From assembly GCA_028678665.1 (NCBI GenBank), contig JAJRDA010000002.1:1-38179 (forward strand): 38,179 nt of DNA, read 5' to 3'. Position 1 is the first letter of the stretch; each line of letters starts with the position of its first letter. Of this stretch, positions 17,303 to 25,828 are shown one piece after another. Origin of the DNA: Methanomicrobiales archaeon (GTDB lineage Archaea; Halobacteriota; Methanomicrobia; Methanomicrobiales; JACTUA01). The translations under genes were made by a program, and so were the position numbers. The notes below the pieces were generated by a model that was given only the letters and a program-made list of their open reading frames with translations, searched no databases and had not been told where the DNA came from.

Positions 17303-18982
17303 ATGATGATGCGAAGATCCATGGTCACCATCATCCTGCTGGACGACCGTCCTGGTTTTTTCGAGATATTCCGAACGATAGCCACAGGCGCTGGCGATCT
17401 CCCGGTGGTGTCAGCCGGAACCGATGCGGAGGCCCTGGCCCGTCTCTCGGAGGGCGACGCGGATCTGGTCCTGGGGCGGTTTGGCAGTGGTGAGACCGGA
17501 GGGATCCGGCTGCTGGAGGCTATCCGGTCCTCGGGATCGGGAATCCCCGTCATCCTGGTTGCCGACCGGGCCGACCGGGATGCGCTGGGCCATGCCTACC
17601 TTCACGGGGCAGACCTGGTCCTGGACCGGCTGCCCGATTCCCTGGAGTCCTGGACCAGTCTCACCGGGACACTCCGTGCCCTGGCCGGCCGGTGGCGCCG
17701 TGAAGAGAACCTGCGCCAGGAGAACGGGATCATGGAGGCGGTGCTGAATGCAACCCCCCTGGCAGTCTGTGTCATCAGGAACCACGTCGTTGTCTGGGCG
17801 AACCGCACACTCCAGTCCATGCTGGGGTATCAGGAGGGGGATCTGATCGGCAGGGATCCGGTTGAGTTCATGGCCGGAGAAAAGGAGCACCGGCGGATCG
17901 ATGACGGGCTTTTCGGGACCCGGGATGAGTTCGGCTGGGGCTCCACCGAGACGCAGGTGATCCGGAGGGACGGGTCCCTGCTCAGCTGCCACCTCCGATC
18001 CCGGCCGGTTGACTCCGAGGACCCCTCCCAGGGCCACATCGTGGTGGGCCAGGACATGACCGAGTACCACCGGGCCCGGGACCTGCTGCGCAGGAGCGAG
18101 CTGCGCTACCAGGACCTGATCGACAACGCCCACAGCATCATCCTCCGGGTGGACCCCCGGGGGATCGTCCGGTTCATCAACCGGTACGGGGAGACGTTCT
18201 TCGGCTATTCCGGGGACGAGATCGTGGGGAAGCCCCTGCTGGGCACGATCCTCCCCGATCGCTCACGGACCGGACGGGACCTGGCCGCCATGGTGAGGGA
18301 GGTGATGCAGAAACCCGAGGACTTCGAGGTGAACGTGAACGAGAACATGAAGAAGTCCGGCGAACGGGTCTGGATCGCCTGGACCAACAAGGCGATCCGG
18401 GACGAAAAGGGGCGTCTGGTGGAGATGCTCTCCATAGGAAACGACATTACCGACCGGAAGCTGGACGTCAAGGAGGTGAGTATCACCATCGCACCCTGGA
18501 AGAAAGCCCTCATCGAGGACACCGATATCCAGGAGCCGGTCTTTGACGCGGTCTACGAGATCGCCGCCGAGATATCCCGTGAAGGACGGGAGGGAAAGCC
18601 GGTGGGGACCACCTTCGTCCTCGGCGATACGCCCCGCGTGCTGGCCCGTTCCCGGCAGTTGATCCTGAATCCCTTCGAAGGGCACCCGAGGGAGGCCCGG
18701 AGGATCACACGGCCTGAGCTCCGGGAGACGATCAAGGAGCTGGCCCAGCTGGACGGTGCCTTCGTGGTGAGCGGGGATGGGGTGGTCTGTGCCGGGGGCA
18801 GGTACATCACGATCGACACGAGTGCTGCCGCGGTGCCAAAGGGCCTCGGGACCCGCCATGCCTCCGTGGCCGGGATCACCCAGGAGACGCGGTCCGTGGG
18901 GATCGTGGTCTCCCAGAGCGGTGGCCGGATCTCCCTCTTCAAGGACGGGCGGGTGGTGAAGGTGATCACCTCGGCGGACTGA
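17303..18982 (+). CDS. Signal-sensor protein: degenerate receiver domain + two PAS domains + C-terminal DisA_N/DAC (diadenylate cyclase) fold
   Basis: REC-like MVTIILLDD...DLVLGRF...IPVILVADR. Two PAS blocks (...NATPLAVCVI...; ...DNAHSIILRVD...GNDITDRK). C-terminus GTTFVLG...LDGAFVV...GLGTRHASVAGIT...IVVSQSGGRISLF aligns to CdaA/DisA DAC motifs. Start is uncertain: ATGs at 17255, 17303 and 17321. Confidence 0.8.
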   Translation: MMMRRSMVTIILLDDRPGFFEIFRTIATGAGDLPVVSAGTDAEALARLSEGDADLVLGRFGSGETGGIRLLEAIRSSGSGIPVILVADRADRDALGHAYLHGADLVLDRLPDSLESWTSLTGTLRALAGRWRREENLRQENGIMEAVLNATPLAVCVIRNHVVVWANRTLQSMLGYQEGDLIGRDPVEFMAGEKEHRRIDDGLFGTRDEFGWGSTETQVIRRDGSLLSCHLRSRPVDSEDPSQGHIVVGQDMTEYHRARDLLRRSELRYQDLIDNAHSIILRVDPRGIVRFINRYGETFFGYSGDEIVGKPLLGTILPDRSRTGRDLAAMVREVMQKPEDFEVNVNENMKKSGERVWIAWTNKAIRDEKGRLVEMLSIGNDITDRKLDVKEVSITIAPWKKALIEDTDIQEPVFDAVYEIAAEISREGREGKPVGTTFVLGDTPRVLARSRQLILNPFEGHPREARRITRPELRETIKELAQLDGAFVVSGDGVVCAGGRYITIDTSAAAVPKGLGTRHASVAGITQETRSVGIVVSQSGGRISLFKDGRVVKVITSAD

Positions 18983-19065
18983 AGGGGTACCAGGGATCTC
19001 CGTTTCAACGGTGAGTCCGTGTGGTATCAGAATCCTTATCACACACTCCCCTCCACACCTCCTCC

Positions 19066-19614
19066 ATGGACGAGACCTCCCGGAAGGTAGTGCACCTCCT
19101 CTTCGGGCTGGGTATTGCCGCCGCCATCGCCGTCATCGACCGGCCGGTGATGCTCGCCCTCATGGTGATCGCGCTCTTCTTCGGGTTCCTCCTCTCCGAT
19201 GCCCTCTCCCGCGGCCACCACATCGAGGGGATATCGCCGCTCATGAAGGTCCTGGAACGGGAGAGTGTCCTCCCCGGGAAAGGGGCGCTCCTCTTCGTCT
19301 TCTCAGCGTTCGTCTGCCTCTTCTTCTTCGAGGCAAACGTGGTGATCCCGGCGGTGGTTGCCCTCGCAGTCCTGGACGGTGTGGCGACGCCGGTCGGGAT
19401 CCGGTACGGCAACCACCGGATCTACAATGGCAAATCCGTGGAAGGGACCGGGGCAGGGATTGCTGCAGCCTTCCTTGCGCTCATGTTCCTCCTCCCGCCC
19501 GTGCATGCCCTTGCCGCCGCTGTACTGGCAGGAGTGATCGAGCTCGTCGCCCCCGTGGATGACAACCTGCTGATCCCGCCCTGTATCTGCGTGCTCCTGA
19601 CGGTGCTGGGGTGA
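19066..19614 (+). CDS. Polytopic membrane protein, dolichol kinase / CdsA-like (CTP-dependent polyprenol kinase family) candidate
   Basis: About 6 hydrophobic helices and a NGKSVEGTGAG motif resembling the KxxEG motif of this family. Start chosen at MDETSRKVVHLLFG; the track ORF starts at 19021. Confidence 0.5.
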   Translation: MDETSRKVVHLLFGLGIAAAIAVIDRPVMLALMVIALFFGFLLSDALSRGHHIEGISPLMKVLERESVLPGKGALLFVFSAFVCLFFFEANVVIPAVVALAVLDGVATPVGIRYGNHRIYNGKSVEGTGAGIAAAFLALMFLLPPVHALAAAVLAGVIELVAPVDDNLLIPPCICVLLTVLG

Positions 19615-19799
19615 GAAGGGGTGAAAAGGGCTTGGTGGTCTATCCTCTCGGGGGGTGGGACCGATAGGGGGCCGGCCACGGCGGGGGTGTGAACCGGGGC
19701 AGGGTACTGACCGGAGGATGAAAAACAGTCATCCGGGGGAATCAACGTGATCAGGAAAACGAAAGGGAAAAAGGAGAGGGATTTCCCCCGTATCCGCCT

Positions 19800-22610
19800 C
19801 TAGGTGAACCAGACCTTCACCATCATGTCGGAGACCGCATTCGGGTAGAAATTGGTCCCCCGGTAGTGGATGCCGTGAGGGTAGGGATTCCCGGAATTCA
19901 GCGGGACATAGTAGTAGTTCTTCAGGTCGTATGTCCCGGTGTCCAGTACCACATACAGCGTGCTCCCCGCGGTAAGGATCCCCTCCTGGTCAATGGGCAC
20001 CTCCACCCATGAGGGACTCGCAGAGCTGGTCGAGGTGACCATGGCAGGGGTGATGGTGGCCGTGGCCAGGTCAGGCCCTTTCAGGGTTGTCCTCAGGCGG
20101 ACCGTGATGCTCAGGGATGGGGTTCCCTTGCGGGCCAGTCCGATGGCGATCCGGTCGATTCCGGTACCGGCTGCCTTAATTGTCTGGGCTTGTTTGATGT
20201 AGGAGCTGCTGTACCCCAGGTAGGAAGAGGTGGTGGCGGTCTCCGTGGTCGTGACCAGCCCGGGCTCCGGAGGGGGAGTGGGCTCCGGGGTGGGTGTGGG
20301 GGTTGGTTCCGGCGGGGGTGGAGGGGGTGGGGGTGGGGGAGTCGTGGAGAACCGGACCTGGATTTCCGTGTCCCCGGCCGGAACGGTAAGGGTAAGGATC
20401 CTGCTGGAACTGTTCCAGACGAACCCGGTGCCGGAGACCGGTGCCCCGTTCACCCGCACCTCCCCGGGTTCCTCAGAGGGGAAGGACACGGAACTCGGGG
20501 ACGATGCCTGGATCGTCCCGTCAATGCCGTCGGTCGGGAACTGGAAGGCCACGGAGACCGGCTTCGTGGAGGTGACCTGCACCTTTCCTGCTGCCCTGAG
20601 GGAGGTCCCATCCTCCAGGGTGAACCCGCTGAGCCGACCATCCTGTTTCGAGACAAGGACCATCCTGCCATCGGTACTGATATCAACGTAGCGGATGCTG
20701 GCACCCGTGGTGCTGAAGAGGAGGGTATCATCCCACGCGTCCTTCGACACGGTCACCCCGTCAAAGGAGGTCCCGCTGATATCGGTTACCCGGGGGGCTG
20801 TCTCGCTGCTCCCCAGCGGGTACAGGACCGCAAGGAACCGGGTGCCCGTCGATTTCGTATACGTGGCCGCCCGGACGTAGGAGGTGGCCTGGTCGCTTCC
20901 GCCAATGGAGGTAGGCTTTCCCGTGAGCACGGTGAAACGCAGATCATCGGGGCTCATCACTTTCGCATACAGGCGGGCCGTCGGCCGGGTGATGGAGATG
21001 GTACCGGTGCCGAAGGTGTTCGTCCTCACGGAGCCGGTTCCCAGGCCGTGGAGCAGGAAGTCAAACTCGACAGCCCTTGTGGCCGCCAGGTCATCGTATA
21101 CGATGAGGTAGCCCGGGGCATCGTGTTTCACAAAGACCAGGTCCCGGGTGAACTTGGAGAGCTTCCCCTTGTACACCGATGCTGCCGAGCCCTGGGTCTG
21201 GTCACAGAACGATGAGGAGAGGAACCGGGTGATCAGCGAGGAACCTTCGGGCGGATGGATCACCTGGCTCTGGGTATCCTTATCCAGCATGATCGTATTC
21301 TGGCCCAGAGTGGAGCGATACCAGGTTTCGTAATATGAATCGTATCCCTTCGACGAGATGCCCGGGAGGATCACCAGCCGTTCGCCCAGCGCGTCGAGGA
21401 AGAAGCTGTTCTGCTCGGGCCGGTCGTTGCCCGGGTTGAAGGGACCGGACTTGAATCCCACCAGGGTATCCTCGGTATTCCAGCCGGTCCGCATGGCCAC
21501 CCAGCCGGCGTCCCGGAACCAGCGGGAGAGGGGGAGGGTGCCCGGCGACTGCTCAGGGAGGGTTCCGTCGGTGAAGAGGATATCGCCGATGGGGTCAGGA
21601 TATCGCAGGGGAGCGTTCCGGTAGTACCACTGGGCATAGGGGTTGCCGGTCCGGGAGGCAAGGGCTGCGGCAGGGGCGCTCCGGAAGGCATCGCTGAAGT
21701 CCTCATCCCCGAATGCGCTGGACGCCCCCTTGCGGTCGGGAGGGAGGAAATAGACCAGAAACTCGGGTGATTTGCTGAATTTCTGATGCCGGAAGAGATC
21801 CTCGCCGGTGGCGCGCCGGAGGGCCTCCGCGTAATAGATTGCCCCGCTGCCCCCGGCATCATTCGCGAGGCCGAAAGAGAGGTAGGCGATCCCCTCGGTC
21901 CAGGCACCATCGCGGTCAAACCGGTTGAAATATTCCTGCATCAATGTGTCGTGGACGATACTGGCGGCGGAATTCACCGTGGGGTTGCCGGGCAGATCGT
22001 CTTTCAGTACCATGGCAACGAGCCCGACGCCTCCCTGCGCCAGGGCGATACGGTTGGTGTTGAAGTCACGGGATTCCATCTCGGTACCGTGCTGCGCGAT
22101 CAGCGGTTCCAGGGACTTCGCGACCATGGCCTGCTGCACCGTGGCCCGCTCCTGCTCGGAGAGAAGCGGGTAAATCCAGTCGTAGGTCTCTGCGATGGAC
22201 CCCTGGAGTGTACCGGACATGTAGCTCACCTGCTGCCCATTGGCTATCCGGTCCGCATCCTGCCAGTAAGGCCATGTACAGGCCCTGAGCAGGTACCCCT
22301 TTGCCCGGAGGCCATACGTTTGATCGCCGTTCACCGCATACACGAACGCATTCGTGCGCAGCGCCCTCGCCGCTTCCCCCAGGTCCTGCTGGGACAGCGA
22401 GGGACCATTCGGGAATAGAGTCTCCTGCGCCAGCTGCTGCACACCCGCAAACCACGAGCGGTACGGTTCAGCGGCCACCTTCGCCCCCAACCCTGCCACG
22501 TCGGCAGACGTGAAATAGAGCCGGGGGTGAGCGGCACTGGCTGCCCCGGCCAGGAGCGGGAGTAGGATCAGGACCAGAAGCACTGCTACCGCGTAAAATC
22601 GTTTCGTCAT
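19800..22610 (-). CDS. Large secreted heparinase II/III-like (alginate-lyase-fold) protein with Pro/Thr linker and unknown C-terminal domain
   Basis: Signal peptide MTKRFYAVAVLLVLILLPLLAGAASA. The N-terminal ~650 aa resemble (alpha/alpha)-toroid + beta-sandwich heparinase II/III family proteins. Linker with a run of ~10 Pro then EPTPTPTPEPTPPPEP is encoded at about 20262-20339. SD GGGGAGGGTG precedes ATG 22610. Confidence 0.72.
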   Translation of the reverse strand: MTKRFYAVAVLLVLILLPLLAGAASAAHPRLYFTSADVAGLGAKVAAEPYRSWFAGVQQLAQETLFPNGPSLSQQDLGEAARALRTNAFVYAVNGDQTYGLRAKGYLLRACTWPYWQDADRIANGQQVSYMSGTLQGSIAETYDWIYPLLSEQERATVQQAMVAKSLEPLIAQHGTEMESRDFNTNRIALAQGGVGLVAMVLKDDLPGNPTVNSAASIVHDTLMQEYFNRFDRDGAWTEGIAYLSFGLANDAGGSGAIYYAEALRRATGEDLFRHQKFSKSPEFLVYFLPPDRKGASSAFGDEDFSDAFRSAPAAALASRTGNPYAQWYYRNAPLRYPDPIGDILFTDGTLPEQSPGTLPLSRWFRDAGWVAMRTGWNTEDTLVGFKSGPFNPGNDRPEQNSFFLDALGERLVILPGISSKGYDSYYETWYRSTLGQNTIMLDKDTQSQVIHPPEGSSLITRFLSSSFCDQTQGSAASVYKGKLSKFTRDLVFVKHDAPGYLIVYDDLAATRAVEFDFLLHGLGTGSVRTNTFGTGTISITRPTARLYAKVMSPDDLRFTVLTGKPTSIGGSDQATSYVRAATYTKSTGTRFLAVLYPLGSSETAPRVTDISGTSFDGVTVSKDAWDDTLLFSTTGASIRYVDISTDGRMVLVSKQDGRLSGFTLEDGTSLRAAGKVQVTSTKPVSVAFQFPTDGIDGTIQASSPSSVSFPSEEPGEVRVNGAPVSGTGFVWNSSSRILTLTVPAGDTEIQVRFSTTPPPPPPPPPPEPTPTPTPEPTPPPEPGLVTTTETATTSSYLGYSSSYIKQAQTIKAAGTGIDRIAIGLARKGTPSLSITVRLRTTLKGPDLATATITPAMVTSTSSASPSWVEVPIDQEGILTAGSTLYVVLDTGTYDLKNYYYVPLNSGNPYPHGIHYRGTNFYPNAVSDMMVKVWFT

Positions 22611-22656
22611 CGACACCCTCCCCTGAAAGCTGACGAGGGGATTATCGGGGGAAGAG

Positions 22657-22664
22657 TTTATAAA
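22657..22664 (-). promoter_or_regulatory. TATA-like box (TTTATAAA) upstream of the heparinase-like gene
   Basis: AT-rich palindromic element ~46 nt upstream of ATG 22610, followed by an SD-containing leader. Confidence 0.4.
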
Positions 22665-22787
22665 CATATGCCCGGAAAAGACAATGCTTTTTCATTAACC
22701 TTGTACCGTTCTGTCCTCAGGATTCGGCGTTCGGGTTCTCAGTTCAAAGGCGATGTTCCGGGCGGTGAGCGTCTTCTGCACCGTCCC

Positions 22788-23633
22788 TCATGGAGGAGTC
22801 GTGGGGGTGGCGGGCACCGAGGTCGCCGGCACCATCGTCACCCCGGTGGCAATGACCATGATGGACTGGTACGCCAGGGGGACAACGGGCGTATGGTCGT
22901 TGTTCACGAGCTGCACCGAGAGGGTATGCATGCCGGGCGGGATATCGGGGAAGGTGAAGCCGGTGGCAGCCACGTGCCCCCACGGGACACCCGGGCTGGT
23001 GGGGATGGCAGGTGTCCCGGGGACGAAGGGTACGGTTCCGATGTCCAGGTAATAGTGCACGTGCCCCTCCCCGGCCACGTTCGCCTGCCCCTGCTTCTCC
23101 ACGATCCGGAAATTGTCCACCTGGACGGTGACCGGAACATCTCCCGCAGCGATCGTGGCTTCGTCCCGGGGTGAGAGGAAGGTGACCATCGGGACGGGCG
23201 GGGCGGTCACCGTGACCGTCACAGACCGGTACACGGGGGGTATTACCGGCGTCTGGTCGTTGTTCACGAGCTGCACGGTGAAGGTGTGCGTCCCGGGGGG
23301 AACATCAGTGAAGGTGTATTCTGTTCCTGCCACGTGGGCCCACCGGGTATCCGGTGCCGACGGGATTGCCGGCGATCCTGGCGTGGAAGGAACCGTTCCC
23401 GCGTCCAGGTAGACGTGGACATGCCCCTCGCCGGCCGCATTCGCCTGGCCCAGTTTATCCGCGATCCGGAAGTTGCCTGCTCGGAGGGTGACCGTGACAT
23501 CCCCTGCCGGGACCGAGGCTCCCTCCTGAGGCGAGAGGATATTCAGGGTCGGGCCCGGTGAAGCGCAGCCAGCGAACGCTGCCAGCACCGCCAGCGCAAG
23601 GAGGAGGGCAGGGATCCTGAGACCCGTATCCAT
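22788..23633 (-). CDS. Lipoprotein with two tandem ~120-aa domains carrying a GEGHVH motif (DUF4399-like)
   Basis: MDTGLRIPALLLALAVLAAFAGC is a signal peptide plus lipobox. Two repeats each contain NFRI..K.GQAN.AGEGHVH.YLD...QLVNND.TPV. Track ORF upstream of 23633 is rejected. Confidence 0.8.
   Translation of the reverse strand: MDTGLRIPALLLALAVLAAFAGCASPGPTLNILSPQEGASVPAGDVTVTLRAGNFRIADKLGQANAAGEGHVHVYLDAGTVPSTPGSPAIPSAPDTRWAHVAGTEYTFTDVPPGTHTFTVQLVNNDQTPVIPPVYRSVTVTVTAPPVPMVTFLSPRDEATIAAGDVPVTVQVDNFRIVEKQGQANVAGEGHVHYYLDIGTVPFVPGTPAIPTSPGVPWGHVAATGFTFPDIPPGMHTLSVQLVNNDHTPVVPLAYQSIMVIATGVTMVPATSVPATPTTPP
22830..23549 (-). repeat. Intragenic tandem duplication, 2 x 360 bp
   Basis: Residues 29-148 and 149-268 of the lipoprotein align position for position. 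The duplication is also visible as near-identical off-frame ORFs 22753..23052 and 23113..23412, offset by 360 nt. Confidence 0.85.
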
Positions 23634-23660
23634 GGGAGGAAGGTAGGACGATCGTTCTCC

Positions 23661-23666
23661 ATATAC
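23661..23666 (-). promoter_or_regulatory. TATA-like element (GTATATGG) for the repeat lipoprotein, leaderless spacing
   Basis: 27 nt upstream of ATG 23633, with no SD. Confidence 0.35.
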
Positions 23667-23842
23667 GTTCCTGTCATTTCCAGAAAGTGACCCGAACCCG
23701 GGGAATGCGCACCCCCGGCGTCCCCCAAGGGGGGAGCGGCCGGGCTGCCGGCAGGCCCCGGAAGGGTGAACCCGAGGGAGAGGTGGTTGTCCTGAAAAGG
23801 GGGAGGGGAACCCCCCATGAATCCCGGGCCGCGGGGGGCCGG

Positions 23843-24595
23843 TCATCCCCTCCTCTCCCGCTCGAGGGTCCGGTGGATAACCAGGCCTGATACCACCCAG
23901 GCAAGGGGAACGATCAGGATCACGAGGACGACAAGGGTGAACGAACCCGTCACCATGAAGTTGAAGATGCCGTGGAGGAGAACGGCAAAGAGGAAGCCGG
24001 CCGCCACAACGGCCCGCCCCCTGGCGGGGGGCATGAATTTCGCCCATCCCAGGGCCGCTCTCCAGCTGAGGGAGATGAGGGCATGAGCGGGAACCGAGAG
24101 GAATGCCCGCACCGCGGCAACGCCCAGTGCCAGCGGAACGGACGTGAGGGCCGATGTCCCCACGTACAGGACGTTTTCCAGCGTGGCAAACCCGAGGGCT
24201 GCGGCAACGGCGTAGATGATCCCGTCCATGGGCTCGTCAAATTCAGGGCTGTCATAGACAAAACCCCTCACGACCCCGAACTTGGCGAACTCCTCGATCA
24301 GGGGCCCGGCAGCCACGGTGAGCAGGAACGCGGGGACCACGTACGAGGCGAGCAGCTCCAGGAATGCTGCCGGGATCACGACGAGGCCTCCGAGGAGAAA
24401 GATGCGAATCACCGCGGCGGGGGGCTCCGGCTCGTACCGATCCTTCAGGTAGAAGTAGAACATCCAGAAGATGCCGGGCGCCACCGCCAGGGGAAGGATG
24501 AGGAGGGGATCCACGGGGAGATCTTTTCCCTTCAGGGGATAAAGCCGGCAGCAGCAGGCCTGGATCCGGTGGCAGGCCAGGACGGCCTGGCGCAC
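23843..24595 (-). CDS. prsW: PrsW-family intramembrane protease
   Basis: ...FWMFYFYLKDRYEPEP..., EEFAKF and HGIFNF motifs across multiple TM helices. The true start may be GTG 24514 (VDPLLILPL...). Confidence 0.72.
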   Translation of the reverse strand: MRQAVLACHRIQACCCRLYPLKGKDLPVDPLLILPLAVAPGIFWMFYFYLKDRYEPEPPAAVIRIFLLGGLVVIPAAFLELLASYVVPAFLLTVAAGPLIEEFAKFGVVRGFVYDSPEFDEPMDGIIYAVAAALGFATLENVLYVGTSALTSVPLALGVAAVRAFLSVPAHALISLSWRAALGWAKFMPPARGRAVVAAGFLFAVLLHGIFNFMVTGSFTLVVLVILIVPLAWVVSGLVIHRTLERERRG

Positions 24596-24732
24596 GGGGG
24601 CAGCATCCCTCTTTCCTATCGCCAGAACAACACCATATCCCTCCCGGGTCAGGGAAGAGACAGGGGCCCGGTATCGATGCCGGCGATCCAGGTCAGCGTA
24701 TCAATCCAGGGCTCAGCCCGCTATGGAAAGCC

Positions 24733-25422
24733 TCAGTTATCCCGATCCGCACCGGACCAGGACCTGGTGAGAAGAACGGCGAGGACGATGATGAGCAGGA
24801 TCACGACGAGTGCCAGCACAGGGGTTCCATGGTCCAGGAGCAGCCTCCAGACCAGGTCGTATCCCAGGGCAAAGAAGAGGCTCTCCACCGAGGCGCCGAT
24901 GCCGATGGCCAGGAGGATCTCTCCCGCGGTCAGATCCATCATCCACCCCACGAGAGGGGACCCGGTCCCCCCCGTGCCCTGGAAAGGGAGCATGACAAAG
25001 ACCGCCAGGCCCGGTACCTTCCACCGGATAAGCCAGGGCCTTTTAAACAGGAACTCCTTCCCCCGGGCGAGAAACCTGCCGATCCAGGAACCGAGGAATG
25101 GGATGCGGAACGCGATATCCAGGTTCAGGATCATGAAGAGGCCGGTCACCAGGTCCAGTACCACCACCGAGGCTGCCATGAGGTACCAGGGAACCCCCAG
25201 CACGATCCCGAGCGGGATGATGGACTCCTTTCCGGAAGGGGGGATCATGTACGCGATCAGCAGGCCGCCAAGGACCAGAGCCTTCTCAGGCGGCAGTACG
25301 AGGAATGAGCCGGCAAACCAGGCGAATGCCAGGAGGAAGGGCAGCAGCAGCCGGACGAGCGGGATGCGGAGAATCGAGGTCCTTGTCTCTGGAAACCACT
25401 CCAGCTCACTCGGCACCGTCAT
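24733..25422 (-). CDS. Polytopic membrane protein (possibly small multidrug-export/COG2426-like)
   Basis: Five to six hydrophobic helices. Family call is tentative, based on ...IPPSGKESIIPLGIVLGVPW.... Confidence 0.5.
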   Translation of the reverse strand: MTVPSELEWFPETRTSILRIPLVRLLLPFLLAFAWFAGSFLVLPPEKALVLGGLLIAYMIPPSGKESIIPLGIVLGVPWYLMAASVVVLDLVTGLFMILNLDIAFRIPFLGSWIGRFLARGKEFLFKRPWLIRWKVPGLAVFVMLPFQGTGGTGSPLVGWMMDLTAGEILLAIGIGASVESLFFALGYDLVWRLLLDHGTPVLALVVILLIIVLAVLLTRSWSGADRDN

Positions 25423-25500
25423 GTCATAGGGAGGATGGAGCGGACCGGATCATAGCGTTTGCCATGCGGGGCCGGTCGCGGTACCGGGAAAACAACGGAA

Positions 25501-25572
25501 CGCCCCGGCCGGGATTCGAACCCGGGTCAAAAGCTCCGCAGGCTTCTAGGATATCCACTACCCTACCGGGAC
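25501..25572 (-). tRNA. tRNA-Arg(GCG): tRNA-Arg (anticodon GCG)
   Basis: The minus strand GTCCCGGTAGGGTAGTGGATATCCTAGAAGCCTGCGGAGCTTTTGACCCGGGTTCGAATCCCGGCCGGGGCG folds as a cloverleaf. It has a 7-bp acceptor stem (one G-U), anticodon loop CTGCGGA, T-arm CCGGG-TTCGAAT-CCCGG and discriminator G. CCA is not encoded. Confidence 0.9.
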
Positions 25573-25652
25573 AGGACGAACGCGGATTCCCGCGTGTACC
25601 CTTCCAGATCTGTCCTGATCGCTTAAAAACCCTAGCCCTCTTCCCCGTCTGG

Positions 25653-25787
25653 CTATTTCTTCGGCCGGAAGGTCCGGGAAGGGCACCGGCCCGCGTCCCG
25701 GCCGGCCTCCACCGGGCCGTGGAGCTGGCACTCGCCCTGGTCCTTTGCAGTCGGACGGAAGAAGAAGCACTCGCTGCAGGATGGCAT
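25653..25787 (-). CDS. Unlisted 44-aa Cys-rich small protein (putative zinc ribbon), apparently leaderless
   Basis: MPSCSECFFFRPTAKDQGECQLHGPVEAGRDAGRCPSRTFRPKK. By my count ~85-90 percent of codons end in G/C, like bona fide genes here. TATA-like CCTTTTTATC lies 22 nt upstream of the ATG, and a T5 tract follows the TAG stop. It is below the 60-aa cutoff of the ORF track. Confidence 0.55.
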   Translation of the reverse strand: MPSCSECFFFRPTAKDQGECQLHGPVEAGRDAGRCPSRTFRPKK

Positions 25788-25809
25788 ACAGGGAAGAGGG
25801 CGGTGCCGG

Positions 25810-25819
25810 GATAAAAAGG
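25810..25819 (-). promoter_or_regulatory. TATA-like box (CCTTTTTATC) for the 44-aa ORF
   Basis: 22 nt upstream of ATG 25787. Confidence 0.45.
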
Positions 25820-25828
25820 ATGGGGGGA

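Noticed and set aside
20262-20339. G-rich short-period nucleotide repeat (ggtgg/ggggt units), considered as a CRISPR-like or microsatellite feature.
   Set aside because: It is simply the coding sequence (minus strand) of the poly-Pro/Pro-Thr linker of the heparinase-like protein. There is no repeat-spacer structure.
25305-25814. 169-aa plus-strand ORF covering the tRNA-Arg locus.
   Set aside because: It runs antisense through a well-folded tRNA gene and through the better-supported 44-aa minus-strand ORF. Its composition is low-complexity.
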